A stretch of DNA of 63,517 nucleotides, counting the filler, from Octopus bimaculoides (Eukaryota), in assembly GCF_001194135.2 (NCBI RefSeq). It is 5 parts of 5 records of this genome, joined end to end, with 100 filler letters (N's around TTAATTAATTAA, not from the genome) between each part and the next. Parts side by side here need not be neighbours in the genome. Positions count along the whole stretch, not along the records: positions 1 to 12,740 come from NC_068982.1; positions 12,841 to 33,967 come from NC_068988.1; 3 more parts are not named here. One strand, 5' to 3'. The notes beneath the pieces are model-generated. The model had not been told where the DNA came from. It saw only the letters and a program-made list of their open reading frames with translations, and ran no database searches. Made by a program: the position numbers and the translations under genes. This document shows, one piece after another, positions 1-14,135 of the stretch. Within the stretch, counting starts at the first letter, position 1; every line of letters begins with the position of its first letter.

Positions 1-3000
1 AAATAAACCCTGGTTAAGCAAGGAAAACGAGCGAATGATCAAAACAAAATAGAAACACATGAAATATTGACATCACTGAAACATATTTGTAATGTCTCTT
101 CATTTATTGCTTCATTGTTTCATTTAACCGAATTTATGAGAAATTCTGCGAAAGAAACATAACGGCTTTCCATATGATCGGCTTGAAAATTTGTTTTTAG
201 TGCACACTACGTGTGAAATGTGTGTAGCAGTAAAATGTGTATAAAATATGTGTAGTCTTCTACGGATAGAAACTTGGCAACTGCGATCACCAGGTGCATA
301 AGCAGGGACCATATCAAAAATACTATATTGACGGTTGGGAAATAATTCCGGTTTCAAGTGAAGTGGGAAAAATGAGCTGGGGTATTCCTTACCTCTGTAC
401 CCCTGAAGGAACGCATATCCTGAGTATACCTTACCTGAAAGTTATTAGCTGTATGACCCCTGCAATGGAACAACAAAAGATAGCTACATCATGTAATTAT
501 GCACAATAGAAGAGACTATATCGGAATTCCCTGAAATTGCAGTCACTATGTATCCCAACAAAACAACAGTGCCTGAAAAGACAACGTCGTATATATACTC
601 TGATTTGTAGAGGTCGGTCATCTTTGAAGTAATAGCGCTATGTTATACCATGTTAGACCAATCAGAAACTATACATTGTTATACAATGCTAATAACTTGG
701 TTTTATATTACTGAATGTATCAACGAGACATGCATATATGTACATGCAGTTTTTGTGTCATTCTTTTCATAGCCTCAAAACCAGCCTCGGTATTTTCTTA
801 TTGAAATTTTATATGGAAAATCGCTTACTAATTCTCCATGTAAATTCAAATCGCTCTTTTGCTCTACTATATTATCCAAACGGCAATTATGTCGTTAAAA
901 ATAATTTTCATTACAGGAGGATACGTTGTTATCGTTGGAGAAAACAAAATTGTCAATACTTTTATAGCAGAGCGTGGTTTGTCTTCACCCCGTACACGTA
1001 AGATTCATTACCTCTGTAGATAAGCAAGTGGAGTGAGAGCGGGACAAGAGTCCGTTGTGAGCTGCTGGCATCGCAGTGTTTCTCAGCGTTGACCGTGAGA
1101 AGAGTGAGAAGTATTTCACTCGAGTGTACGCTACAGCTAGCCCCACATCAGTTATTTTGTGGGAGACAAGATAGTTAATAAAAGAAAGATATTTCTGTAG
1201 CGAAGAGGTGAATTAGAAAGAACGGTTGGTCAGTAAGATAAAATGAAAGCTGGCATTGAACTACAGAAAGGAATGCGTGTTCTAAGTAGGTCAAGCCATT
1301 TTGACAGTAATAGGAACTTTCGGCTGCTGAAAATTCGTTTAGACAGGGATCAGCATTTTTATAATGGAATGGAAGGTTTATGATACCTGTTGAGTATCTC
1401 CTTCTCCCATTATAATTATTTTGTACTTTCAAGGATCTGGAACTCGAAGAAGTTCACAAGCGGAGTATAATTCAATAACCGTTTATTTACAGAGTTCTCG
1501 TTCATGTGGTTCGCTCTCAGTGACCATCTTTATACTTTAAATGCTGTGAATTGCGAAAACTTTGATTTTGCAAACTTGCTCTTTGTAGTCAGAGAACATA
1601 GAGTCCGCAATAGCATAGTTGAAAACATTTCAGACACTGAGACATTTCCGATTGCTATCTGAAATATTTCAGGTAGCAGTCCGTATTAAATAATTAGAGA
1701 GGAGGGGAGGTTATGCCTCCGTTGCGTAAATCCTTCTGAAGTAGTTTTAGGTTTTGTTACGATAACGGAAGAATATTGAATGCTAAGTTATATGTGAAAT
1801 TTCAGCCCCTGAAGAAACCGGTGGTCGGGCGCCCAACAAAAGTTTCTAGTATAGCACAGAAAGTGAATATGGCTTACAACAAATTGATTAGCTACGCAGT
1901 GTTAATCATCTAACACTTGTCTATCTCCCATGATAGGTGATATTGTTTCCTCAACAGCGTTATAGGAGTAACTAAAAATTCTAAAATTAAATGCAATATA
2001 ATCTGCATATGAAATATTCTTATATACTTTATCTTTTGAGGAAATAGATTGATATAGAAAGGATTAATTTTGATAGTGAGTGAGAGAGAAAGGTGGGTTA
2101 GAGAGCAGTTTTCAACGATATGTGCTGTTCACGTTTGGTTTAGTCTTCACGATGTATGCCATAAAAGGTTGATATTGTATTCTTTGTAAATTATCCTCTA
2201 TACAGACAAGTAGGCGAGATTTAGGTAGATGAAAATATAATAAAGTGTGTGAGAATAAAAACGGTTTCATAAATGGGATCGATGTTTTTATTTAACATTT
2301 GTTAACATAATCAATATTATTCTCATAAATAATAGACATTTCTCTTTCACTACAATGGAAAACAAAGGATTTGTTTTTTATTTAAATATACCCATCTAAA
2401 GAATGTAAATATAAAAATAATTGAGTTGAAAATTTCCATCCTCTTTATTGGTACACGATGGTAAAATTATATGCTTATTCCTTGCAAGTTATTTTTTCGC
2501 GTATAACTGTTGTAAATCGGAAACATTTTATACAGAAAAGGACGTATTATACGAATAATAATCACAAGAAACACTTTTTAACTATTCATAATATTCATTC
2601 TGAAAAAATAGAAATAAAAGAAATTAATAATGGTTAGACATACTTGTTGGTAAATGGATAAGTTTAATGAATTGTGAATAATGGTTAGAAAGAATACAAT
2701 ATAGGAAGACGTTCAGCAGTTGGAGAAATTAATAAAATAGCTAAGGATGAGAAAATTAATGAGCTGCGTCTTAAATAGATTTCATAACATTTCTGGTCCG
2801 GGAAGTGAAGTTATAAATTTTATTCTTAATATCTGCATAAAAGGATATATTATTACAAAAGACGATTTCGAGGATGTACAAAGAAAATGGATGGCATAAT
2901 AAACAAATTATTCGGAAAATTATCAAACAATAAAAAGATTGATTTTACAATGGTATGAAACTATCGACTTGTAGAATTGCTTTAACATATTACGGTATTA

Positions 3001-4444
3001 GATATTTGCTATTCTGACATGTAATTTCACCGAAGTCAACAAGCCTTTCATCTTTATATTATAAAAGTCCATCTTTGCGCATTCGAGAATCTTTATGTAA
3101 TATTTATATAATCTTTATCTGTTTCTTTATGGAACGTGTTACAGTTATTTCTGTCTGAGTTATCAAATGAAACTTTTTAATCGCTCAAAACTTTTTGATT
3201 CTGACCTAGGTCTTCCAGAATATGACAAAGAAATCGCAAGACGGAATCATTTAAATATCGGGAACTGTATATGGTGGCATTCTAAACTAAAATTGCCGGA
3301 AATCAGATATTTTGATTTCAATTTGAGCATTTTTTAAATGTCATTTCCGACTCTTAAGGCTTAGCTATATCTATAGGCAATAGCTGGAGAATAAAACTTT
3401 AAAAAGCCGTAATTAATTTAATAATTAGATGTACAATATTCAGCAATATAAATTCTAGACAAGTTAATCAGCAGGTTCTATAGAATTTTCCTTCATCTAC
3501 CCTCATTAACAATCAAGCGTTATTATTTACATATGTAATGGCTACACTTGAATACAATATCAAACGACTCAAAGATATTTCTGGTTTTAGCTCTATGACT
3601 TATTCAAAGAAGTTAATGGTGTAGGCCATGTAACAAGAGACGAATGATGGAAAAGCCACAGTCACATAAACAACTACATATTAAATTTGATATGTATAGA
3701 CGCACGCACACACACACGACACACACACACATACACACACACACATACACGAATGATTGGTCTCTGACTAGAGAATTTTACGTATTTTATATACCCTGAT
3801 TTATAAATATATATAAGTATATACAGAAACACGTGTGAATCGTTGGCGATTTTTTTCCCCCTGTCTTCCTTTTCACTTGGACTTTCCTCTGTTTCCTGTT
3901 TCTGAAGAAGAGCTTTGTTCGAAACGTTAAGCCACCTATATATATCAGGTAAGCAGAGTTAGCGGTTGGCATAACAGTCTAAGGGAGCAGAATATCCGAT
4001 ATCATTTACCTACGCAAACATAGGGTACAGGTAACAACAGAATAAACAAAAGTTTATCCGGAATTTTAATTTAAATACGCAGAAAGCGGGGAAAACCTTT
4101 GATCAACAAACGAACAAATTGAGCAAAATCGGTTAATTAATTTTTAATACAAACATAACATAACATTAAATAACACACACACACACACACACACTCACAT
4201 TCATGCATATATGCCATGTCACTAGTCATGTCTTTCATGTATACAATTATCACATATGAACAGTGTACCTGTATAAGACAATCTAACTTTACCGTCAATT
4301 CAGGATGTATTTTGTTTGTATGACTGGACGTGTGTTGTATTATACTTTCATACAATTTCACAAATTGATTCCCAATGTGCTCTCTTGTTATATTTTGCAT
4401 TAGCTACAAACTCTCTCTGTCTTTCTCTCACATTATCTCTTTTC

Positions 4445-4565
<121 letters not shown>

Positions 4566-6186
4566 ACCTACGTGTCTGCCTATTTATATGTGCGTGTGTA
4601 AGAATGTATGTCAGTCGTTTTGTACAATTCTGAGTATATATGAAAACCTGGGCCGCACTACTTTGCAACGATAACATTCCTGAATGCAATTACTTGCATA
4701 TATATTCAGCTTTACTTCTCGATAATGTATTTCAATTCTTCACACCATCACAATATATCAATCGTTCACTTAATCCTATGAATATCAAATGGTAGCAATC
4801 ATTGAATAATTCTGAAAATCTTAAAAGTAATTATTATGCCGTTATGAATATTTGAACTTGGCGGTTTTATGAATATTATGTTTAAAAAATATTAGAAATT
4901 AAGATTATATCCCAAATATAAAATGAAAATACTGTAAATGGTAAACTATTGAATATAAAGCAAAACCGTTATCGTCAGTATAAAGTTAAAACATACAAGA
5001 CAAGTGTAGGGGTTTTAAGTGGATAATTATTTATTTATTTTTATTATAGAATAAACACAGAAACAAAGAGCCTTGCAATAAAATTAAGAAGCCATAGAAT
5101 AATATTATATAAATTTATTTTGAAGTCGAAAGATAATGTATTGAATTACACAGATCTTATTTTACATGCAAAGAAGCTAGCATATATTCGGTCGCTCGAT
5201 TAGTTATAAATAACAACCAAATAACCATCAAATCTGACACTACCATCATCCAAAGAAAGGACGTAATTCGGTTTTTGAGCTCTGCTTCTGAATGAAATAT
5301 GCTTAAGGCTTTTAACGCTTCGGTAATGCGTCTATTCTCATCTAAACGACAAGAAATATTAGGTATGGCAAACACTCTGTATCAAATCGAAGTCCCTACT
5401 GAGTGCAATATTGAATTATTAATGTGATATTTGCTCTAAAAGGAAGTCATTTCAATTGATGCAAGTTTTTTATCCTTTATTAAGTTTCAGTCGCTACATT
5501 TGATGGGTTATCTTTTCAAGGAAATGCAACGCGGGTTTCTCGAAAAGAACCACGTTGCTTTAATCTGCATTCTATCCTCCGCCATAAGTCATATATGATA
5601 GATGCAACACGACTTTGAGTGACATCATCTCTCGATTGATCTCTTACATCTGAGAAGGAAGAATGTGGCTGTTCAGATCAATTAAAGATTTAAACACATT
5701 TGCACAAGATTTGGCAACGATGGCCACCTCTTGCAATAGCTGTTATGGTATACTTTTGATGACCCTTTATATGAGATTTCAGTACGCTTTCTATTGCACA
5801 ATGATTTCCACATTTCCACATTCCGTGTATAAGCACATGCAGTATAATGCGTAGGCAAGAACACCCTTGTGCGACTTGTCTGATGACATTTTAAGGACTC
5901 ACATTGACAGACACGCCCACACTGAGTGGCTGTTACACTGAGCTAAGCGTCAACACATCTGGGCTAATTAAAATCAAGACACCGTGCATTTTATAGTCGA
6001 TGCCATTTTGTTCGACTTCATTCTTACAATCCTGCACTGATTTCTCGTTCTCCACTGCATCCTTGATGGATTCCTTATACGTTAATTTCGGTTTTTCCAA
6101 AGATAATCAGATAGTGTGTGTCTTTATGTGTGTACATATGAATAAATCTATATAGTTATATATGTATGCATGTATACACACAGAAA

Positions 6187-6223
<37 letters not shown>

Positions 6224-6249
6224 ACACACACGCACACNNNNNNNNNNAA

Positions 6250-7475
6250 AATTTGATAGCTGCTCATTTTGCGCCATTATTATATTGTGACAATCTTTAT
6301 TTTTTGTTAGAAAGCTGACACATCCGTTTCTTTATTCTAACTCATTTTTGCGCTTTATAAGGTATTTATAAATCGTTTTTTGCTATTTTTGTTTAGAGAT
6401 GGAAAAGTTGGAAATTCGTATATTTCTGAAATACGAGCTCTTTCTTGGAAATACAGCATCATAGAGAGCTCGGAATATGAATGGAATATTTCCTTCTAAT
6501 GTCATTACACAGTAGACAGTATCAAATTGGTTTGGACATGTTCGTTCTGGTAACTTTGACATCACAAAGAAGCGACGTGTTCGACCATAAATAAAGATGG
6601 ATAATAACGAACTGAAAGCCACCGTCGAGTCAGATTCATCTGAAAGTGCCTGTGAATTATCGTTGTTGTTTGACGTTAGCAAGCAAACGACATTGACTCA
6701 CCTAGTTCAAATCGGTAAAGAGAAAAAATTTGGATAAGTGAGTTCCACATGAACTCAATGAAAATCAGAAACAGCAACGCTTGGAAGCCTGCATTATGGT
6801 AATTTCTCGTCACAAAATTGAATCCTCTTCCAATCGAATTGTAACATTGTGATGAGAAATGGATCCAATACAACAACCGTAAACATTCAGCACAATGGTT
6901 GGACAAAATCGAGCCACCAAAACACAGACCAAAAAGCAAAATTCCTGAGAATAAGCTGATGGTGTGATGGTGTTTGGTGGTCTGACGCAGGTGTGATCCA
7001 TTATGATTTCATTAACCCTAGCTCATCAATCGCGGCCGAATAATACTGCAGTCAACTGGACTAAATGATGCACAAACGTACAAAAAAAAAACAGCCTAGA
7101 TTGGTTAAAAGATCCACTCCTATTTTATTGCAAGATAACGCCAGACCACACATCACAAAAATTACATTGGCGAAACTATAGGATTTGGAGTTGGAAGTTC
7201 TCCATTATCCACCATACTCACCTGATCTTGCCCCCACTGACTACCACTTCTTCCAGAATTTGGATAACTCTTTGATACGAACAAAATTCCGATGATGCTA
7301 TAAAACTGGTCTTCCAAGATTTTATTGACTCTAGATTGCCATGCTTTTACAGTTCTGGGATGGAGAAGCTACTACTGAAATGGCAAACTTATATTCACAT
7401 ATTTTGATGAATTAAAAACTATTCCTTGTATTTATAATGCATTAGCAAACTTTTATGCTAATTCATGTTATATAT
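6250..7475 (+). mobile_element. Degenerate mariner (DD34D) transposon; transposase pseudogene about 6399-7420
   Basis: MEKLEIRIFLKYE start, DK*VPHEL (6733-6756), frameshifted TCDEKW (6841-6862), QDNARPH (7131-7151), YSPDLAPTD (7215-7241). There are exactly 34 codons between the last two catalytic D residues. Several stops and frameshifts; the 5' end abuts a gap. Confidence 0.93.
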
Positions 7476-10400
7476 TCACTGTCATATATCGCCAATTGAC
7501 AGTGGAATATTGTCAATATTCAATCTGACTCCGGTCACCGGTTTATCATGTGCGACAAATCGATTACTTATTCGAAAAATCCCAACTGCGGCAGCGAGGC
7601 TCTCAGTTTCGAGCACAGACACATGGGGCTTGCTCATATATTTATGAACGTATGTTTACATATTAAGTTCTGTATGAATGTATGTGAATTGCATATATAT
7701 GTACGTGTCAATTTTGGGAACGTCTACTTCGATATTGCTTGAATCTTTACCTTGAATATGCGCATACATCTGAATATGAAAAGCTGTTATCTGAAGCAAT
7801 ATTTTTCAATTTTTTTCAATGTGCAGGTTAGTTGTAATCACGCGTTGTTTTCTCCTTTTATAACATCAGTTTGACTTCAATTTTCTGTTGTTTTTTTTTT
7901 AAATATTGAGACTAAATGTCCATTACGATTTCAATATCATCTCTGTTGATATATATCAATACATCGAATATCTACATCGGAATACGTAGCTGCCAATTAT
8001 TTGTGCTAGGATTCCAGGATTTTGTACTTATAATATGTAGCTTGTGTGGATGTAGAATCGACAATCATTGGCGATATTTATTAAAGTGATTCATTATCGA
8101 TACGTTCCTGTTGTTCTAGAATATTCGATTTACTTGATATTGCATTCACGTATATATTTCTTCAATTGTATATCCGGATTAAAAGTTTGGATAAGGCGTA
8201 GCGGACATTGAGAAGGGTTTCCTAAGTAGCGTATATATTTCACAGTGCACATTACAATGCAGCTTTTGTATTTATGTCGTTATATATTCTTGGAAAATAA
8301 CTTTTTCTCGTTATATCGTCACAGGATTTCATGTGGAAACCTGTTGGTTGGTCAGATGCTGATTTTGGTGTGTAAAGCCAATCCGCGGCCTGGTTAAACA
8401 CTACCAAACTGCAGTCGGATGTCTTAATTTAAGGAAAAATTTCGTAAGCATGCCTACACACTCACATATGTAGGTAAATGTGCACATATACAATAGAGTG
8501 CTTAAATATGTTAACAGAGTATAGATACGCAGGTCATATACGAATGATGTACTGAGAAGTCTCATGACGAATAGTTTCACAGTTTTTCTCTTCGCTTCTG
8601 AAAGACAACTTATAGAACTTCATTCATCGACGATAGGGGAATATCAGCCTCTGCATGAAGCAATCGGACGTTAGGTTCCAACTTTGGTGCATAGCTTAAT
8701 TTCCGTATTTGTGTTGTAAAAGATCGTCATTATTATTTTTTTTTTTAAAGAAATGTTTATTTTAGGCGCAACACGTCGCAGTGTGAAGACCTAAAATGTC
8801 TGAACGCCTTACTTGGCTTCTGATGAGAACGTAAAGACATTCTTTCTATGATACTCATATTGATCAGCAACTGAATATGGGTCTGAGACTGACACATGAC
8901 GTGGTGTATGTTTAGGTATATATGCAGGTCGTGTAACATTTGTGATGGTTTATGACAATGACACATGAAGTAAACTGCCATAGTAAACTATATACGTTGT
9001 GTAAAACTACAATCTTATGTTTCCGAGACACATGTGGATATGTATTTTAGAATTGTTTAATGTATGCCAGCATTGAGCAACACCCACACACTCACACACA
9101 CACACACGCATACATCTCGTATCACATATATTCTTTCTCTCTCTCGCTTGCTCCTCTCTCTCTCTCTCTGTCTCTCTCTTATAAACACTCACAGAAGGTT
9201 AGTCGTCAAACTAAAGTTTAAATGTTCTAATACAACGGCAAATCAGAGCAATAATGCATCATACTACATGAATATTTATTTGCAAATATTTGTCAACCAA
9301 ACAGATGATGTCAAGATATTCTCTGATGAAAATTAACATTTTGATTTATCCTTCAATTTACAATTTTTCTTTTGTAGCACAGAATCCAATCATTGACACT
9401 TTCAACTTTTCATTCAGAATAACAAGTATTAACATTATGACAAAAGTTTATTTTTAAATGTCATCTAGCAATTAACCTGTGTAATCTTGAGTTGATCCTC
9501 CAATAGAACTTACATATTTTTGCAAGTTTATTAACAAATCACTTTTAGACTATGACAATATATATCTGTTGTTTGTTTCTTTCATATTTCAACTACCACC
9601 GCACCGCCTAAAATGGAATATCTACATGAAATTCTGCCTATTATTAAAGGTACAATTTATCAATAAAAAAGCAATATTTTCACTCCATTTGAAAAATACA
9701 TTGTTTTATTAAATAATGCAATATTATCATATTATAAGCTGCGGATCTACCGGCAACCTCCAGTTGTTTCAAACCTTTCTTCATAATCGTATTTTAATTG
9801 TTCAGGATCATGAATTACATGGATATTACTGACTACTTCACTTAAACACTGTTTGATCAGACCTTAAATCTGAAATAAAAGTTGAGCTCTGAATGTGAAT
9901 TTACAGTCTATCAACAGAAGGGATGTGTTTCTCGTTTCAACAATTCCGTCAATTTATAACTCTTAAGAGGCATGTAGTTAAGCAAAGTATTTCAGGTTTC
10001 ATAAGAGCTGAAATGGATAAAAAGGAGGCGGTATTATATCGAACACATGGAAGTCACACAGAAGTGTTTGTTGGGAAATTACCTGTATATCTATATATCA
10101 CCCTACTATTAGAAATAAATAGAGATTAAAGCCAAATGAATTATATCGTTTACCTTAGTAACATGAATAAAGTGGAAGCGGAAAACATAATCGTATTGTA
10201 ATATATAATGAGTTAAAACAATGATATTCGCGATAAAGAAGAGGATTACGCCATTTCATAATGATAAAGAGAAATGCTCACGTTTATTAATATATCATTT
10301 TTAATGATACAGAAAACAACGAAAGTGTCAGATATTACTGAAAACGGTTGCGAAAACAGAACTATCACACAAACGTGACCAGCGAATAAAATTTCATCAT

Positions 10401-11183
10401 TTAATTTTGTAGTAGTAGTTATGTATGCGTATCATGAGTATGGTATATGTTACTTGTTAAGAAGGAGATTGACTGATACAAATCAAACGAACATTTGGCT
10501 TAAAGGAGGTTATTGTAAAATAAATGAAACTTTGTTGAACTATCTGAATAGATTATTGCCAGAATGTTTTATTGTAAGATTTTTCACATCGCTATCCACA
10601 GTTATTTCCTTCAGTCGAGATACTATGTTATGTTAAGCATTTACATTGATAGAAACTCAAATTAAGATATTTCTTCATACAGGGGCTCAATGGCAATTTG
10701 CACAGTCTACACAACTAAGCATAGAATCAGAAACTTCTATCAAATTACAGACACTATACATTTATCATTTATAAGATACAATTGAAAAACCGATGTATTA
10801 TGTGCCATCTTATGAAATGAAACTTAAACACGTCACAATCTCCTCGTGCGTACAAACATACACATAAGAATATTATTCATTCGATATTCTTACAGATACT
10901 AAATAGCCTTGAATCACCTAGTTCTCTATTTATAACTAAGGTAAATATCATGAATAATTCAAAACGAAAGTAATCACAACAACATATTAGTTTGAAATTT
11001 CAATATATCACTGCCGTTTCTTTCGTATTTCTAACTCTTTTGACATTATCTATTTATGTATATATTGATGTATGTATACCTGAATAATATAGCAACAATA
11101 TATATATATATGCATGCATCCATGTATGTATCTGTGTTCGTGCATCTAAGTGTAATTCTTATATATATATATAGATGTGCGCG

Positions 11184-11192
11184 TTTGTGTGT

Positions 11193-11275
<83 letters not shown>
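11184..11275. repeat. (TG)n microsatellite
   Basis: Directly visible. Confidence 0.95.
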
Positions 11276-11278
<3 letters not shown>

Positions 11279-11599
11279 ATTATGAGTCCATTAATAAAAG
11301 TAGATACACACATATATATGCATTTACGCAGCACCATATTGAAATGCTGCTTGAAATACATATATCATGCTTTCAGTTTCTGTTGTGAAGAATAATGTTT
11401 CCTATGAGTTACATATATTTATATTACACAATATTCTCCTCAGTATTTTATATTTCATTTAATTGTTCAAATGATTTAAGCAATCATAGTAGACACAAAA
11501 AGGTAAGAGATGTAGAGAACTTACTCGCCAGTTTTAGTTGTAGAGCTATCTGCTTCCACTCCAATATATTGTGGATGCATTGAATTTCCTGTCACTTTA

Positions 11600-12210
11600 G
11601 TATAATAAAGATTGATTTTTTGGGTCATATACACTCCAACCTAAGCCTCTAATATCAACATATTTATAGATTTGTTTTGTTATGATGCATTGATACATAA
11701 TTGAACTATGTGTAATAGGATTATGTATCTGGCAACCATTGTTTAATAGAACCAGAGAATTTTACTGCTTCTCTGACACGGAGATCATGACGAAGAAAAT
11801 GTACAATAGCTCGACAAATGTAAATAGTTACATAGTTGCAGGCGATATGAATGCATAAGTAACTAAAATCAACAAAGTAATTAAAGAGGTACATAATCTA
11901 TCAAAATAAACAGCAGAAAATGTTTTCAACGAATACAGATTTTGGCAAAAACTGTGTATTTCATACAGTAATATGGGAAATGAAAATTATTTATTACATA
12001 TAAGTAGGGATCAATATTCCTGTTGAAAGCAAAATGATTCAATGTTTGCTGGTCGAAGGGCAATAGATTATTCCGATTTAGAACATCTGAAAATCATAGA
12101 GGCGCAATAAGGAGGCAATAGACGTATATAAACTATATTAAATGGAGCAGCGAATGCAAATTCAGATTTGGTATTTTAGCATATCGACTAAAAGTCGATA
12201 TTATTTTATA
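11600..12210 (+). mobile_element. Heavily decayed LINE AP-endonuclease fragment
   Basis: VIYTPT, YIVAGDMNA (about 11829-11855; resembles GDFNA), AIDY and ANSDLV occur in endonuclease motif order; many stops. Confidence 0.4.
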
Positions 12211-12740
12211 ATTTCTCAACAGATGTAATTCATGTTCGCATTTTATAAAGATAGTCCGTAGGCAATTAGTAGCTTTTTTTTCTGTTTGAATAGGTTCGAA
12301 TGACGTAAAGTGACGAAGAATCTGAAAATTAAGGACTGGTGCTCTACCATGGATGAAATCCAAAAACTGAAATTAATAAGATATAAGAAACTTTTTTGTT
12401 CTACATTTTCAACAATTAAGCTACAACAAATACATGTATTATTTATGAGCTGATTTATGTTGAGCATTATAGCTTACATTGATTAACAAATTCTTATGTT
12501 TCGTACAACATGTAAAAAATATTTGTTTCAAAAAACAAATTATTATGACGAAAGTATTTAAGTGAAATAATGTATAACTTTAAATATCTTGCAGTTAATC
12601 TCTTAGAAATTTAATTGTCTATATACATAAGAATGGAATTAATAATTTCTACACTCACTCTTCAGTTAGGCGATTGAAATTTTCTTCATACACATGCATT
12701 TATGTATCCGTGAATATATATATATATATATATATATATA

Positions 12741-12840
12741 NNNNNNNNNNNNNNNNNNNNNNNNNNNNNNNNNNNNNNNNNNNNTTAATTAATTAANNNN
12801 NNNNNNNNNNNNNNNNNNNNNNNNNNNNNNNNNNNNNNNN
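12741..12840. other. Synthetic gap marker: 44 N + TTAATTAATTAA + 44 N
   Basis: The identical 100-bp construct occurs four times; the 12-mer gives stops in all six frames. Confidence 0.95.
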
Positions 12841-13252
12841 TTTTCATAGGGTACCGGTTCGTTTATTTCTGTTGTCAGATTGTTTTGCACGTTCAGATCT
12901 TCGTACTTTTTTCGTAATAAGTTTACAGTACGCACTTCTCGGTTGTTATTCTTGGGTGGAATAATACCGGTGCTATTTAATCTGTTTGTAATTGTTTTGT
13001 ACATGGTGTTTTGGGGTTCGAAGATGGTCTGATTTTGATGTAACACGTGTGTTTACGATCGCTGTGCGGGTAGTGGAGGTATCAACTTAAAATACATCAT
13101 TATATTTGGCAAAATAGAAATAAATTTCAATGAGTATTACTTACTCGAATATAGTCCAGCCCTTTGTCAGCTATTTTTTTTTGGCTCCATGCGATGTCTT
13201 TATTTCCGATGTTTTGGGATAAATTTCGGAGCAGTGATTTATCGTTCTCACA

Positions 13253-13461
13253 TGTTAAACGTCCCCGGTGTAGTCTGTTAAACTTCCCCGGTGTAGTCTG
13301 TTAAACTTCCCCGGTGTCTGTTAAACTTCCCCGGTGTCTGTTAAACTTCCCCGGTGTCTTATGTTAAACTTCCTCGGTGTGTGTTAAACTTCCCCGGTGT
13401 CTTTTAAACTTCCCCGGTGTCTGCTAAACTTCCCCGGTGTCTGTTAAACTTCCCTGGTGTC
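13253..13461. repeat. Minisatellite, about 10 copies of a 20-23 bp unit (TGTTAAACTTCCCCGGTGTC)
   Basis: Directly visible tandem array with 1-2 substitutions per unit and no unique spacers. Confidence 0.95.
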
Positions 13462-13514
13462 TTATTATTATTATTATTATTAGTAGTAGTAGTAGTAGTA
13501 GTAGTAGTTATTAA

Positions 13515-13700
13515 ACTGGGAAGCGATCTGGCAGAATTATTTGCAAGCCAGATTAAAGACGTAGCTTTATGTTCGGTGACCAATTGTCACTGATACCGAC
13601 TTTGTCTTACATCGATTGTTGGCAGAGGACTGGGGTCGATGTAATCGGTTAGTCTTCTTCTCATAAATGTAAGGCCTTGTGCTACCAGTAGAAAGGATTA
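13515..13700 (+). mobile_element. Degenerate SINE (ggcgagctggcagaat... family)
   Basis: Shares ctggcagaat and ggggtcgatgtaatcg...ggccttgtg blocks with the reverse complement of the copies at 47625-47826 and 59221-59323. Confidence 0.6.
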
Positions 13701-14022
13701 TTATTATTGTTATTGCTTTTTTGTGGATGGTGGTGGCAGTTTCTGTATCATTCAAAATGCCTGGAGTTATTTAGTTTCAGACTAAATTCGTGAACCATTT
13801 AGATTACAATACACAGCTGCTAACATTATACAGATGGAATATACAATTTGTCGCTGTTATTTGAGCTCGGTAATTTTGATGACCTTTTGACAACATGTAT
13901 TATCAGTTAACAACATTTAGTAGAGTACGCTCTCCATTTCATTTTTATAAGGTGAATCTTCAGGAAGGAGACTAAGATGAAACGTTGAAAATATGTCACA
14001 TTTTCTCCTAATAAAAATTTGA

Positions 14023-14135
<113 letters not shown>

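Noticed and set aside
8325-8443. AG/GT-bounded segment (likewise 32607-32715)
   Set aside because: Stops in all three frames; a non-coding exon cannot be supported from sequence alone.
11056-11395. [16 protein letters not shown] ORFs here and throughout the track
   Set aside because: These are translations of di- and tetranucleotide microsatellites.
12785-12796. TTAATTAATTAA as a conserved regulatory or PacI-like site
   Set aside because: It is always centred in 44+44 N, so it is an assembly spacer.
13253-13461. CRISPR-like array
   Set aside because: Units are directly adjacent with 0-3 nt linkers, there are no unique spacers or cas genes, and the context is eukaryotic.
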